Shown here piece after piece: positions 38,418 to 48,022 of a DNA stretch of 64,000 nt (its first letter is position 1; every line of letters starts with the position of its first letter). Under the pieces are notes generated by a model. The model made no database searches. It worked only from the letters and a program-made list of their open reading frames with translations, and was not told where the DNA came from. Source of the stretch: Candidatus Amesbacteria bacterium (GTDB taxonomy: Bacteria; Patescibacteriota; Microgenomatia; CAZETR01; Amesbacteraceae); NCBI GenBank assembly GCA_963736875.1, contig CAVTQH010000002.1, positions 334,663 to 398,662 on the forward strand, written 5' to 3'. The position numbers and the translations under genes are program-made.

Positions 38418-39005
38418 TTAAGAAAGTTTCCGGATTTTCTTATCCGCATAGGCCCGATTTAGCTTATCATCCACCCGGTTGGCAAAAAGCACCGTGGATG
38501 TCAGAAGTAACATTACAAATATCCAGATATCCTGCTTCCGGTCGGTGCACCAGGGGCCTCTGGTATTTGCTCCCAGTACCTCACCCGTCGGTAAATTCTC
38601 CGCTTGATCAACCGGTGTCACGTATCTTGCCCTGACGTCAAATCTTGTGATTGCATCCCCTGAAGTAATTTGGTTTCCGTTGGGAGCTGCACCCGTTACA
38701 TAAGCGATCGTTTTATATCCTCCTCCACCGGCTCCCTCCGGAACTTTAAGTCCGAAACCTAGACGTCCGGCCTTTCCGGCTTCGATTGTACCCAGATCAA
38801 AGAGCATACTTCCCAAATAATTATCGGATTGGTCATACAATTTTTGGATCAGTTGAGCGTTCTTTACGGGAACCTCACCGGTGTTTTTCACTTTCATTTC
38901 AAAAGTCACTACGTCACCCGGATAAACAAAACCGTTGACATTATTTGTGGCGGTCAAATCCAGACGCGGGTTGCCGCTGATCAATTTGTCCCGGTAGTTT
39001 TTCAT
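38418..39005 (-). CDS. DUF11 (conserved repeat domain) secreted protein, possibly the C-terminal continuation of the upstream giant gene
   Basis: LDLTATNNVNGFVYPGDVVTFEMKVKNTGEVPV is a DUF11/TIGR01451-type strand pattern. Its ATG lies 1 nt out of frame with the end of gene 38941..41274, inside a GAAAAAC run. Confidence 0.45.
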   Translation of the reverse strand: MKNYRDKLISGNPRLDLTATNNVNGFVYPGDVVTFEMKVKNTGEVPVKNAQLIQKLYDQSDNYLGSMLFDLGTIEAGKAGRLGFGLKVPEGAGGGGYKTIAYVTGAAPNGNQITSGDAITRFDVRARYVTPVDQAENLPTGEVLGANTRGPWCTDRKQDIWIFVMLLLTSTVLFANRVDDKLNRAYADKKIRKLS

Positions 39006-41274
39006 AAACCACAGCCTCTACAAAGAAATTGTTATTGGCAAGATTCGGATCCGGATCCGTCATGGCCACTGAGACATCAAAAGCCACTTCCCGGCTCTTT
39101 CTTTCATCACCGGCCCGGGCTGAAGGAATCAGTCCGGACAAGAAAGCCTGTTTCTGGTCAAATGAAATATCGTCTTTAACTTTTAAGCTGATTGCGAAAT
39201 CTCCCCCGTGCCGGGGAAGAATATTCCCCACTTCCCAGCTGCAGAATGTCTGCTGGCATCCGCCGGTTAACCTTCCGTCATCAGAAACAAAACTCATTCC
39301 GTCAGGCAAATCCATAGTGACTCTGACTCCCTTGGCAATGTCATAACCCGTGTTGTCGTAAGAAAGGGTATAGTCAATAATGTCTCCCGGCTCAACCATC
39401 GTTCTGTTGGCAGAAACTGAGACTCCCACATCCGGGTAGGCAAAAATTGCATCCCCTGACCAGTTGCCCAGAATGTTTATGGTACTCATAAACCATCTCG
39501 ATCCCATGATATTGGTATTTATCAGGTTAAAGAGATTGGCCAGTGCGAAGGCATTTCCGGTTCTGATTTCCGCCCCTCCGGAATTATTGGAAGCCAAATT
39601 TCCTCCGGTATTGGCGCTGACGTTGACATTATTGATAACTTCCGCATAGTTGTTGTTGGCAAAAGTTACCGGCAGTCCGTCGACCGGATCACCGGTATAA
39701 TCCGCCGGAGCCGCGGACGGATCCAGTCCCAATTGCAGGATATTTGTCCCGAGATTCGGTTTCTCAATACTGCCGGGAAGGGACCAGTTCACGATATTTC
39801 CCGTCCACCCTCCCGCGTTATTCAGAATCAGGAAAAACCAGCGGTTACCGATGATATTTAAATTTGCCAGGGTGGTGGAATTGGCTACTGCCACGGCATT
39901 CCCGGTGGTGATCGAACTTTGTCCGTTATCCGCAGAGACATTCTCTCCGGTATTTGCATTTGCACCGACATCATTTTGCACATCGGCCAGATTTTGATTG
40001 GCGTAGGTTACGGGAATCCTGAAAATCAGAGCGGAAGAATCAGGGTCAAAATATTCCGGCCGGGGTAATATCAGGTTGAATTTCTGGCTGGATAAAATAT
40101 TGATAATTCCTATAAAAATCTTGGACCCGAGGATATTGGTATTGACAATATTTGTGACATTGGCTGCCGCCGCTGCATCCCCGGTATTAATCGTTGCGGA
40201 AGCGCTGTCCAAAACGGTGTTGTTTCCGGTATCTGCAGTCGCGTTAATATCATTTGTCAGTGTTGCCTGATTGCTGTTGGTGACGGTAATTTTAATATTC
40301 GGAGTTTGGGGAAAGTTCTCATTAAGATATACATTTCCGTTTTCATCGACGATCAAAAGCTGACTCCAAATCGCATTCAGGTCGATATCTTCGTTTTCCG
40401 TACAGGTCAGATCCAGTGTCAGCACCGAGACTTCAGAGCCGACAATATTGGTATTGATCACATTCAGAACATTAACCAGCGCCTCTGCGTCTCCCGTATC
40501 AATTGCCGATGATCCGGAATTTCCCGTCGCGGCATTGTCTCCGGTAATTGCCGTTACATCGGCATTATCAGCCACATCTGCAATATTGGTATTGCTTACG
40601 TTTAATTCCTGCTCATCGGCCGGAGGAGTCGGATCCGTAACTGTTTCCTCGGGAATTTGGGTCGACATACACGGCAGATCGTCAGAGCACTCCTCAGTCG
40701 GTGAGGGTGTAGCGGTAACAGCAGGTGTAGGAGTTTCCTCGGATGACAAAATCACCGCGTTGGTATTTACTTCGGTATCCGCCAGACCGGTTGCGGCAGC
40801 GTCCCCGGTAGTAATTTCCGCCGATCCGGTAGCATCTGTAATGGTATTCGTTCCGGTTTCCGCATCCGCTTCCAAATCCGCGGATACTATGGCGGCATTA
40901 TCATTAGTGATGTTAATATCTCCCTCGCACGGAGTTTCCCCCTGGGGGGCGCAATCACCGGTTCCCTGGCTGATTTCCCCGGGAATTTCATTGACATTGG
41001 TATTAACCGTGGTATCGGTTTCAGCTGCTGCTCCCGCGTCTCCGGTATCTATCACATTTGTAACCTCCGGTGTCGGTTCCGCTGTGGGAGCGGGAGTTTC
41101 AGTTACTTGAGTCTCTGAAGGCGGGGGAGTCGATTCCGGAGCGCTCGTCGGGGCGGGGGTATCTGTCGGGGTGGCATCTTCCGCCCACGCCACGGGACTC
41201 AGCATGCTCACCGTCATCCACATGACAAGTGTGGCTGTTGAGGCCTTTTTCAAAAATCTGTGACTTACCGCCAT
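38941..41274 (-). CDS. large repetitive secreted surface protein (degenerate N/T/G-rich repeats + C-terminal DUF11 domain)
   Basis: 777 aa with a signal peptide. An acidic PT-rich N-terminus is followed by at least 5 repeats of the pattern A.ANTG.N.A...S...I.TG.A.A.AN..N..NTNI.GS. A DUF11-like domain (VEPGDIIDYTLSYDNTG) is also present. Confidence 0.7.
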   Translation of the reverse strand: MAVSHRFLKKASTATLVMWMTVSMLSPVAWAEDATPTDTPAPTSAPESTPPPSETQVTETPAPTAEPTPEVTNVIDTGDAGAAAETDTTVNTNVNEIPGEISQGTGDCAPQGETPCEGDINITNDNAAIVSADLEADAETGTNTITDATGSAEITTGDAAATGLADTEVNTNAVILSSEETPTPAVTATPSPTEECSDDLPCMSTQIPEETVTDPTPPADEQELNVSNTNIADVADNADVTAITGDNAATGNSGSSAIDTGDAEALVNVLNVINTNIVGSEVSVLTLDLTCTENEDIDLNAIWSQLLIVDENGNVYLNENFPQTPNIKITVTNSNQATLTNDINATADTGNNTVLDSASATINTGDAAAAANVTNIVNTNILGSKIFIGIINILSSQKFNLILPRPEYFDPDSSALIFRIPVTYANQNLADVQNDVGANANTGENVSADNGQSSITTGNAVAVANSTTLANLNIIGNRWFFLILNNAGGWTGNIVNWSLPGSIEKPNLGTNILQLGLDPSAAPADYTGDPVDGLPVTFANNNYAEVINNVNVSANTGGNLASNNSGGAEIRTGNAFALANLFNLINTNIMGSRWFMSTINILGNWSGDAIFAYPDVGVSVSANRTMVEPGDIIDYTLSYDNTGYDIAKGVRVTMDLPDGMSFVSDDGRLTGGCQQTFCSWEVGNILPRHGGDFAISLKVKDDISFDQKQAFLSGLIPSARAGDERKSREVAFDVSVAMTDPDPNLANNNFFVEAVVYEKLPGQIDQRQPASGFDRHK

Positions 41275-41343
41275 TTTTTGTTTATTTTGTAAATAATTTT
41301 AATTTTCCTTGGGAAGGGAGTTGAATTCTCCCTCCCCGTCGAA

Positions 41344-41357
41344 AGTGTGATCACACT
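41344..41357. promoter_or_regulatory. perfect 14-bp palindrome AGTGTGATCACACT upstream of the giant repeat-protein gene
   Basis: Seen directly in the intergenic region 41275..41464. TGTGA/TCACA half-sites are present but with no spacer, unlike the N6 spacing of a CRP site. Confidence 0.25.
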
Positions 41358-41464
41358 CTCTGTCCACTAAAAATTAGAAGGACAGATTTGTGTTCACTAC
41401 GGTCCAAGCATTAGCTGTAGATCCGGCATCTCCGGTAATAGCCCAATTGCTACCACGGAAACAT

Positions 41465-41836
41465 CTACCAACTGCTGCCACCTGGAGATTGTCCTCCGGT
41501 GTCAGATTTTGCAATAGACGTATTGTCGATTAAGGCCATGTTATTTACATCACCAGTTGAACGACAAGTTCTGCAATTGACAACATTGGTATTAGCAACG
41601 ACTACTGCAGTTGAATCAGAAACAGCGATTCCAGTTATTAAATAATTAGAACCACCTGTTTGCCAATTGGCTCCGGTTGAGCTTTTTGCTACAGCAGTAT
41701 TATCTACGATGGCGAAATTGTTTGTATCACTGCTGGGCATATAGAATGAACCATATGCAAAAGCTGGGGTGACTGCAGACAGTAACATTGCCCCTGCACC
41801 TGCGATTGCGATTAATCTTTTCATTATTCTATTCAC
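41465..41836 (-). CDS. small secreted protein built from the same repeat motif family
   Basis: Signal peptide MKRLIAIAGAGAMLLSAVTPAFA. The repeats AIVDNTAVAKSSTG...NTNVVN and ALIDNTSIAKSDTG resemble the repeats of 38941..41274. Confidence 0.5.
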   Translation of the reverse strand: MNRIMKRLIAIAGAGAMLLSAVTPAFAYGSFYMPSSDTNNFAIVDNTAVAKSSTGANWQTGGSNYLITGIAVSDSTAVVVANTNVVNCRTCRSTGDVNNMALIDNTSIAKSDTGGQSPGGSSW

Positions 41837-41880
41837 CTCCCTTCAATTAATTTTATTCAAAATAAAATACAGATCAAAAA

Positions 41881-41900
41881 ATCCCCGCTAAAACGGGGAT
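41881..41900 (-). terminator. GC hairpin followed by T5 on minus strand (intrinsic-terminator-like), in leader of 41465..41836
   Basis: atccccg-ctaaaa-cggggat forms a perfect 7-bp stem. On the minus strand it is followed by TTTTTGATC. On the plus strand it is preceded by A5 and followed by AATTTT. Confidence 0.3.
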
Positions 41901-42059
41901 AATTTTGATCATCAACCAAACCTGATGCCGATTTTTATTCTGTCCCATGGAATGTCCTCATTCTGGACAAGTCGCAGTGAAAATTCAGTAATCTGGATTA
42001 CAGTTGCGGCTTTGGAGTATAATTCCGTATCCTGCCCTATCCAACTATTTTAAAAAAGC

Positions 42060-42716
42060 ATGGAAATACAAAAACGGATAGGGACATTTTTTTCCCGTTT
42101 TCCTCCTTCCCGGTTTCCCAAGGGGAGGGTGATTGTTACCGATTCGGGAATTACCAATCAGGTTTATTATGTTGAATCCGGTTTTGTAATCGAGTATCAC
42201 ATTTCTCAATCCGGAGAACTGCTGATTGCTCATCTCTATCAGCCGGGATCGTTTTTCCCCTTAAGTACTTTTTGTGAAGTTTCGTTTGAGTCCGGTTACT
42301 TTGAAGCTCTCAGTCCGACCGTAATCCGGACAGCTCCTGCAAAATCTTTTACCGAGTTTTTCCTTTCTGACCGTGAACTCCTGGTCGATTTTACCAACAG
42401 TCTTTCGCATAACATTTATAATCTGACCAGGCGCCTGGGTATGATAATCAGCGGTACCGCGTATCAAAAAACCGCATCCGCCCTGGTTTATCTGGCCGAG
42501 AATCTGGGCAGAAGAATCGACGGTAATGGTACCGTGATTATTGATTACGATCTGACCCACAAGGAAATTGCCGCCTGGATCGGATCTGCCCGGGAAACCA
42601 CCAGCGTTCAAATGAAACTGCTGCAAAGAAAGGGACTGGTAACTTACAACCGCCGCCAGATTGTCATCAATGATCTTCAGCGTCTGATTTCGGAAACCGG
42701 ACAGGAATACGCTTGA
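42060..42716 (+). CDS. Crp/Fnr-family transcriptional regulator
   Basis: cNMP-binding-like beta-barrel plus a C-terminal HTH (HKEIAAWIGSARETTSVQMKLLQRKGLV). Confidence 0.8.
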   Translation: MEIQKRIGTFFSRFPPSRFPKGRVIVTDSGITNQVYYVESGFVIEYHISQSGELLIAHLYQPGSFFPLSTFCEVSFESGYFEALSPTVIRTAPAKSFTEFFLSDRELLVDFTNSLSHNIYNLTRRLGMIISGTAYQKTASALVYLAENLGRRIDGNGTVIIDYDLTHKEIAAWIGSARETTSVQMKLLQRKGLVTYNRRQIVINDLQRLISETGQEYA

Positions 42717-42740
42717 CATAAATGTGCTACAATATTTTCA

Positions 42741-43493
42741 GTGATCGCGATTCCGTTACTCTTTTTCCTTCTGATTCCGGTAATTTATATCATTTTTTCC
42801 GGGATCAGGATCATTGATCAGTACGAACGGGGAGTAGTCCTGACACTCGGAGCTTACAGCTACACACTTGACCCGGGTCTGAAAATAATTATCCCCATCG
42901 TCCAGCGGATTATCAAAGTTGACATCAGGATTACCACTTCCGAGATTCCCCAGCAGGAAGTGATCACCAAGGATAATGTTCCGGTGGGAATCAACGCCGT
43001 GGTCTATTTTCAGGTTACCAAGGCTGAAGACGCTGTATTAAAAGTCCAAAATTATACTTACGCCATTACCCAATATGCCCAGACTGCTTTAAGAGATGTC
43101 ATCGGCGGAGTCGAGCTGGACACGCTTCTGGCCGAACGGCAGAAAGTCGCTGATGAAATTAAGACTCTGGTTGACCGGGAAATCGTCGGTTGGGGATTGG
43201 ACGTGGTTTCCATAAAAATTCAGGACATCGAACTGCCGGCGGATATGAAGCGGGTGATGGCTCTCCAGGCCCAGGCGGAACGGGAACGCCGGGCGGCAAT
43301 TATCCGGGCCCAGGGGGAACTGACCGCCTCCGAAAATCTGAATAAAGCCATGACCCAGCTGGCCCAATCCGGCGCCATTTCCCTGCGTACTCTTCAGACA
43401 ATCGAGGCCACCACCGCCAATCCCGCCAATACCATCGTCTTTGCCCTGCCCATCGAGATCATGGAAGGCCTGAAGCGCATTACCGGAAAATAA
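42741..43493 (+). CDS. SPFH/band-7 (stomatin/prohibitin-like) membrane protein
   Basis: N-terminal TM, an SPFH domain, and a coiled-coil region (ALQAQAERERRAAIIRAQGE). Confidence 0.85.
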   Translation: MIAIPLLFFLLIPVIYIIFSGIRIIDQYERGVVLTLGAYSYTLDPGLKIIIPIVQRIIKVDIRITTSEIPQQEVITKDNVPVGINAVVYFQVTKAEDAVLKVQNYTYAITQYAQTALRDVIGGVELDTLLAERQKVADEIKTLVDREIVGWGLDVVSIKIQDIELPADMKRVMALQAQAERERRAAIIRAQGELTASENLNKAMTQLAQSGAISLRTLQTIEATTANPANTIVFALPIEIMEGLKRITGK

Positions 43494-43496
43494 CTC

Positions 43497-43895
43497 ATGG
43501 ATTTAGCCGCTGACCGTTCTTCAGAGCAGTCACAGGTTATTAAGATTTTGGATTATTCTCTGCGATTAATTAATTTTGGACTGGTCTTTTATCTAATCTG
43601 GAAAAGACTTATATCTCCGGCATCAATTGTAATGACTGAATTTCTGGTAATCCGGAATCTTTTATACACTGTCTATGCAATAATTTCCGGTTTATTCGGT
43701 GTTTTTGTTTTAAGTCGTTACCGTGATAACCCGTCACTTATCAAAAAACCCTCTCCTCTGAGTAGTATATTGCCTATGATTGTAATTTCAATCATATTAA
43801 CCACTTTTTCCTATGCAATCGCAGAATTGATTCTTGACGTGATAAATTTCCTTACCCAACTCGTTTCAAGACCTCAGGTTACTTTACCGCTTTAA
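43497..43895 (+). CDS. hypothetical small membrane protein (downstream of SPFH gene)
   Basis: 3 predicted TM helices. Separated from the SPFH gene by a 4-nt gap. Confidence 0.4.
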   Translation: MDLAADRSSEQSQVIKILDYSLRLINFGLVFYLIWKRLISPASIVMTEFLVIRNLLYTVYAIISGLFGVFVLSRYRDNPSLIKKPSPLSSILPMIVISIILTTFSYAIAELILDVINFLTQLVSRPQVTLPL

Positions 43896-44526
43896 GAAAT
43901 TCCTCTGCCAAATTTGCCGTCTGATTCGTCGGATGGTAAAACTCCTTCCACACCAATACTATATTCGCCCCGTTAAACATTGCCCTTTGCACCTCCCGGA
44001 TGGTATCCCCCCCGCCTATGGAAATCATCACATCATAACTGCTTTTGATTTTATTAATTTGTATATATGGAATGGGTTTGTCTTTGTTAAATGTCTCCTC
44101 ATCTACACCCCGGTGCAGGATGACCACCGTAGGCAGTTTTTTCAGTTTTCTCAGAATTTTAATCGGCTGATCGACGTTCATCATATCCACCATGCTGTCA
44201 ATTTCCATTTTTTCACAGGAAGAAATAAATGAGTTCAATGTTTCTATTGGTGCCTGGCCCAGAGCAATTGCTCCCGACGCCCCGGCCTGGCGGGCCAGCA
44301 TTGCTTCGGTATCACCCCGGTCCATGGTTTTCAGATCTGCTACCACGTATCCGCCCCACCAGGAGACAATATTTTGGATTCCCTGCCAGCCGTAAGTTTT
44401 GATCAGGGGTGTTCCGGCTTCCACCAAAATTCTTTCGCTTCTGGGTAACTGTCTGATAATCGACCTCGCTTCATCCATTCCGCTGTTTAATGCCACTTGC
44501 AAGTATTTGATTTTTCTGTTAATCAT
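43879..44526 (-). CDS. 3-hexulose-6-phosphate synthase (HPS/HxlA-like, OMP-decarboxylase fold)
   Basis: LQVALN, EAGTPLIK, ADLKTMD, VILHRGVD and IGGGD match the HPS motifs LQLALD, EIGTPVIK, ADMKTMD, HAGYD and AGGI. Confidence 0.7.
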   Translation of the reverse strand: MINRKIKYLQVALNSGMDEARSIIRQLPRSERILVEAGTPLIKTYGWQGIQNIVSWWGGYVVADLKTMDRGDTEAMLARQAGASGAIALGQAPIETLNSFISSCEKMEIDSMVDMMNVDQPIKILRKLKKLPTVVILHRGVDEETFNKDKPIPYIQINKIKSSYDVMISIGGGDTIREVQRAMFNGANIVLVWKEFYHPTNQTANLAEEFLKAVK

Positions 44527-44582
44527 TTCCCAAGTTTAAGCGAATTGACAACCAACTGCAATTATTCACATAATGGACTGAC

Positions 44583-45515
44583 ATGTCGCTCTTTCATCAT
44601 CTTTTTTTACCTCATCACACCAATAATCAGCGGGCAAAAATTCTTCATCCTTCTGCTTTAAGCATCATTATCGGCTGTTTTGCTGTGTTTCAAGTCTTAA
44701 TCGGGCAGGTAATTACCCGTTTCCCGGATATTCTGGGTTATGCTTCACAGATTCCCGCCGGTGAAATTGTCCAGTTAACCAACAGTGAACGCCAAACCCG
44801 GGGTTTATCCCAGCTTAGACTGGATCCCGGCCTCTCGGCTGCAGCACTGCAGAAAGCCTCGGATATGTTTGCCAGAAATTATTGGGCTCATGTTTCCCCG
44901 AGCGGTGTTCAGCCCTGGTTTTTTATCACCCAGGCAGGATACACTTATCGCTATGCCGGTGAAAATCTTGCCCGGGATTTTTCCGATCCCAAATCCATTG
45001 TCCAGGCCTGGTTAAATTCCCCGACACACAGGGATAATTTACTCAATTCCCGCTATGAAGATATCGGAGTGGCAGTGGTTGACGGGACTTTGGAAGGGAA
45101 AGATACAACCCTGGTGGTGCAGATGTTCGGCACCAAATTGGCCAGCGCGCCGGCAGTGGGGGGAAGGTCGGCCTCTGTAGTTGCCAAAGCCCAGGAGCCG
45201 CCCCAACCTACAATTGTCCCGACCCCTATACCTACCACAGCGGTTGCCGCACAGCCAGGACTTCCGGCAGCAGCAGCCTACCTCACTTCAATCGAGGAAA
45301 CCCCGAAGAATTTCTTGGGCATTTCTCCGTTTGAAATAACCAAATACACTTCCCTGGCTTTACTAGGGCTGTTTGCGGTTGTCCTGTTAATCGATGTTAT
45401 TGTGGTCAACCGCCGCAAGATTACCCGCTGGACCAGCAAGAGTTTTGCTCATTTAGTGTTTATAATTATCTTAATTATTGCCGCCGGCACAATTCTGCGC
45501 GGCCGGATTTTATAA
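44583..45515 (+). CDS. CAP/SCP (PR-1-like, YkwD-type) domain protein, membrane-anchored
   Basis: NSERQTRGLSQLRLDPGL...YAGENLA...WLNSPTHRDNLLNSRYEDIGVAVV. N-terminal and C-terminal TM segments. Confidence 0.7.
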   Translation: MSLFHHLFLPHHTNNQRAKILHPSALSIIIGCFAVFQVLIGQVITRFPDILGYASQIPAGEIVQLTNSERQTRGLSQLRLDPGLSAAALQKASDMFARNYWAHVSPSGVQPWFFITQAGYTYRYAGENLARDFSDPKSIVQAWLNSPTHRDNLLNSRYEDIGVAVVDGTLEGKDTTLVVQMFGTKLASAPAVGGRSASVVAKAQEPPQPTIVPTPIPTTAVAAQPGLPAAAAYLTSIEETPKNFLGISPFEITKYTSLALLGLFAVVLLIDVIVVNRRKITRWTSKSFAHLVFIIILIIAAGTILRGRIL

Positions 45516-45516
45516 T

Positions 45517-45795
45517 ATGTCCGAAATTGTTTTCGAAAAAGATTTTTCCCGGCATCCGCTGCACTATTTTACCCTTCTTTGTGTCCTGCTGGTCGGATTA
45601 TGGGGTCTTTTTTGGTTTAGTTACCATCCCGGAATGCAGTTATCCATCGTCATCAGTATGGCAGTATCCTATGTTGTCTGGGGGATTGTGCATCACCGCG
45701 AACATCATTCCCTGCACCCCAAAATTGTTCTGGAATACCTGCTGATTGCCGTATTTGCCGTATTATTGTTCGGGTCTATACTGCTTCGCACTTGA
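45517..45795 (+). CDS. small membrane protein (3 TM)
   Basis: Hydrophobic ORF with no recognisable motifs. Confidence 0.4.
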   Translation: MSEIVFEKDFSRHPLHYFTLLCVLLVGLWGLFWFSYHPGMQLSIVISMAVSYVVWGIVHHREHHSLHPKIVLEYLLIAVFAVLLFGSILLRT

Positions 45796-46358
45796 AACAC
45801 CGACTTTTTTTGGCTATCGAGATTTCTGACGACCTGCGTCGGGAGATTGGGGATCTCCAATCCCGGATGGAAAAGCTGAAGCTGCCTATCAGATGGGAAG
45901 AACCGCAAAAACTGCATCTGACTCTCAATTTCCTGGGCCGGATTGAGGAATCACTGGAGCCGGAAATTCACCGGGTGGTATCCGGAGTTTGCAGTCAATT
46001 TTCCCAATTTGATTTGACTCCCGTATTTCTCGAGACGATGTACAAAAAGCACGAACCTTCATTTTTGTACCTGGGAATTTCCGGGGAACTTCCGACCTTG
46101 CTCAAACTGCAAAAAAGTCTGCGTGAAGAACTTTTATATCTCAAAGTACCCCTGCCGGAAAAATTCTTTGCCCATATAACTATCGGCCGGGTCAATAAAG
46201 CGGATCCGGAAACTACCAAATCCGTTTTAAACCGCTTTCAGGATTTTGAATTTTCTCCCCTGCCCGATTTCACCACTGTGGCAGTCAGCCTTTTTGAGAG
46301 TCTGATCTCCGATAAAGGCAGTCATTACCGCCTTATTAGACGCTTCATGCTACAATAG
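45792..46358 (+). CDS. thpR: RNA 2',3'-cyclic phosphodiesterase / 2'-5' RNA ligase (LigT/ThpR, 2H family)
   Basis: Two H-x-T-x motifs (HLTLNFLG and HITIGR). About 188 aa. Confidence 0.8.
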   Translation: MKHRLFLAIEISDDLRREIGDLQSRMEKLKLPIRWEEPQKLHLTLNFLGRIEESLEPEIHRVVSGVCSQFSQFDLTPVFLETMYKKHEPSFLYLGISGELPTLLKLQKSLREELLYLKVPLPEKFFAHITIGRVNKADPETTKSVLNRFQDFEFSPLPDFTTVAVSLFESLISDKGSHYRLIRRFMLQ

Positions 46359-46389
46359 TTCCCCAATATAAAGACGACTATTTAAAAAC

Positions 46390-47328
46390 ATGAGCAAAGA
46401 AGTGGAACAGATAGCTGGGACTGAGAGTATATTTAAAATTGGACGACCGATACACTCCGACGGAAGAGGATTTTTCAGGGAACTACTTAGATTAAAGGAG
46501 CTGCCTTATCCCTGGAAAATTAATTCTCTGACCCATCATCAGGTATTACCAGGACGGGAATTTAAAATTCAATCAACATCCGACAATCAGTTAGTCTATC
46601 CGATTTCCGGAGAAGCTGAAATAAATATTCCGCAATCGGAAGAAAATATAAGAATTGATGACAGCATACGTATCGGCATTTTTATTCCCAAGGGACAGAC
46701 ACTGACAGTTCGGGCTCAAGAAATACGGGAAACTAATGTACTGGTTTTTTCCGACACCCGTATTAAAAATCAGAATTTTGAAATGGAACAGAAAACGCAT
46801 GGTTTGACCGCAATCCGAAGCCAGGCATCAGAAACTGAATTCGGCAGTTCCCGTCCTGTTTATGATATCGAATATACCAATGACACTCTGGGTACCCATT
46901 TTAAACCGGTACAAATCAATCACTCCCGGTCACTTCCGGGAGTCATACGGGGTTTGCACGCCGAAGCCTGGGATAAATTTATCTATCCGGTAACCGGAAA
47001 TATGGTGGCAGGATTGGTCTGGATTGGGTCAAAAGATGGATTCGGGGATAGACAGACGATAAATTTTTCGGATACTTCACGACCGGCAGTTTTTATACCA
47101 GAAGGATGGGCTAATTCCATCTGTGTCTTAAATAATAATACCGATAATATCCCGGTAGATTATATCTACTCAGTCGGAGCATACTGGACTCCCGATTCTG
47201 TCAGAAGTGTTCACTGGAACTCTGCGGGAATACAATGGCCGGTGTCTGAACCGATTATTTCTCAGAAAGATCAGGAAACCCCTGCTTTAGATGAATATTT
47301 CAAACAGCATTTCTCGTCAACTTCTTAA
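46390..47328 (+). CDS. dTDP-4-dehydrorhamnose 3,5-epimerase-like cupin protein with N-terminal extension
   Basis: The C-terminal half (RGLHAEAW...GLVWIGSKDGFGD...FIPEGWAN) resembles RmlC. The N-terminal 150 aa is a second cupin-like beta region. Confidence 0.55.
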   Translation: MSKEVEQIAGTESIFKIGRPIHSDGRGFFRELLRLKELPYPWKINSLTHHQVLPGREFKIQSTSDNQLVYPISGEAEINIPQSEENIRIDDSIRIGIFIPKGQTLTVRAQEIRETNVLVFSDTRIKNQNFEMEQKTHGLTAIRSQASETEFGSSRPVYDIEYTNDTLGTHFKPVQINHSRSLPGVIRGLHAEAWDKFIYPVTGNMVAGLVWIGSKDGFGDRQTINFSDTSRPAVFIPEGWANSICVLNNNTDNIPVDYIYSVGAYWTPDSVRSVHWNSAGIQWPVSEPIISQKDQETPALDEYFKQHFSSTS

Positions 47329-48022
47329 CCTTTTTCCACTCCTTTATCTCTCTATGATTTCCGGACAACAACACACCCGGGACTTTCCATCCCTTATATT
47401 CTTCCGGCCTGGTATATTGGGGATATTCAATATTATTACTGATTTGAGAAAACGACTCTTCCTTCAGAGATTCAGGGTTTCCCAATACTTCCGGCATAAG
47501 TCTGACCACCGAATCGATAATCACCATTGCCGGAATTTCTCCCCCTGACAATACATAATCACCTATGGAAATTATTTCATCGGCCAGATATTCATGTACC
47601 CGGTGATCCACCCCCTCATAATGGCCGCAAATAATCAGTAAATTTTCTTCCCGTGATAATTCTTCAGCTTTTTTCTGGCTGAATTTTTCCCCTCCTGCAT
47701 CCAGCAATATCACTTTTAAATTTTGGCTTGATAATTGCGATTTGATATCCGCAATTGCTTTATCAATAATATCCACTCTCATAATCATCCCCGCTCCTCC
47801 TCCGTAAGGCCTGTCATCCACCGATTTGTATTTATCCACAGCCCAATCACGCAAATTGTGAATATTTATTTTTACAACTGACTTATCCTGCGCCCGCTGC
47901 ACAATAGACGCATCCAAAGGCCCTTTAAACATTTCCGGGAAAAGCGTCAGAATATCGATACGCATATCCCAATTATAGCTAAAATACGCTAATATAACCT
48001 GTATGAAGGCAGTCATCATCAT
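47300..48022 (-). CDS. trmD: tRNA (guanine37-N1)-methyltransferase
   Basis: MRIDILTLFPEMF...PYGGGAGMIM. SPOUT-family knot motifs. Confidence 0.9.
   Translation of the reverse strand: MMMTAFIQVILAYFSYNWDMRIDILTLFPEMFKGPLDASIVQRAQDKSVVKINIHNLRDWAVDKYKSVDDRPYGGGAGMIMRVDIIDKAIADIKSQLSSQNLKVILLDAGGEKFSQKKAEELSREENLLIICGHYEGVDHRVHEYLADEIISIGDYVLSGGEIPAMVIIDSVVRLMPEVLGNPESLKEESFSQISNNIEYPQYTRPEEYKGWKVPGVLLSGNHREIKEWKKVKKLTRNAV

Noticed and set aside
41311-41337. Imperfect hairpin gggaagggag-ttgaattc-tccctcccc
   Set aside because: The stem is mismatched and there is no adjacent U-tract on either strand. It is not convincing as a terminator.
41344-41357. CRP-binding site interpretation of TGTGATCACA
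   Set aside because: The half-sites are correct, but the spacer is 0 rather than 6 bp. It is kept only as a generic palindrome.
42261-42719. 152-aa minus-strand ORF
   Set aside because: Fully antisense to the well-supported Crp/Fnr regulator gene.
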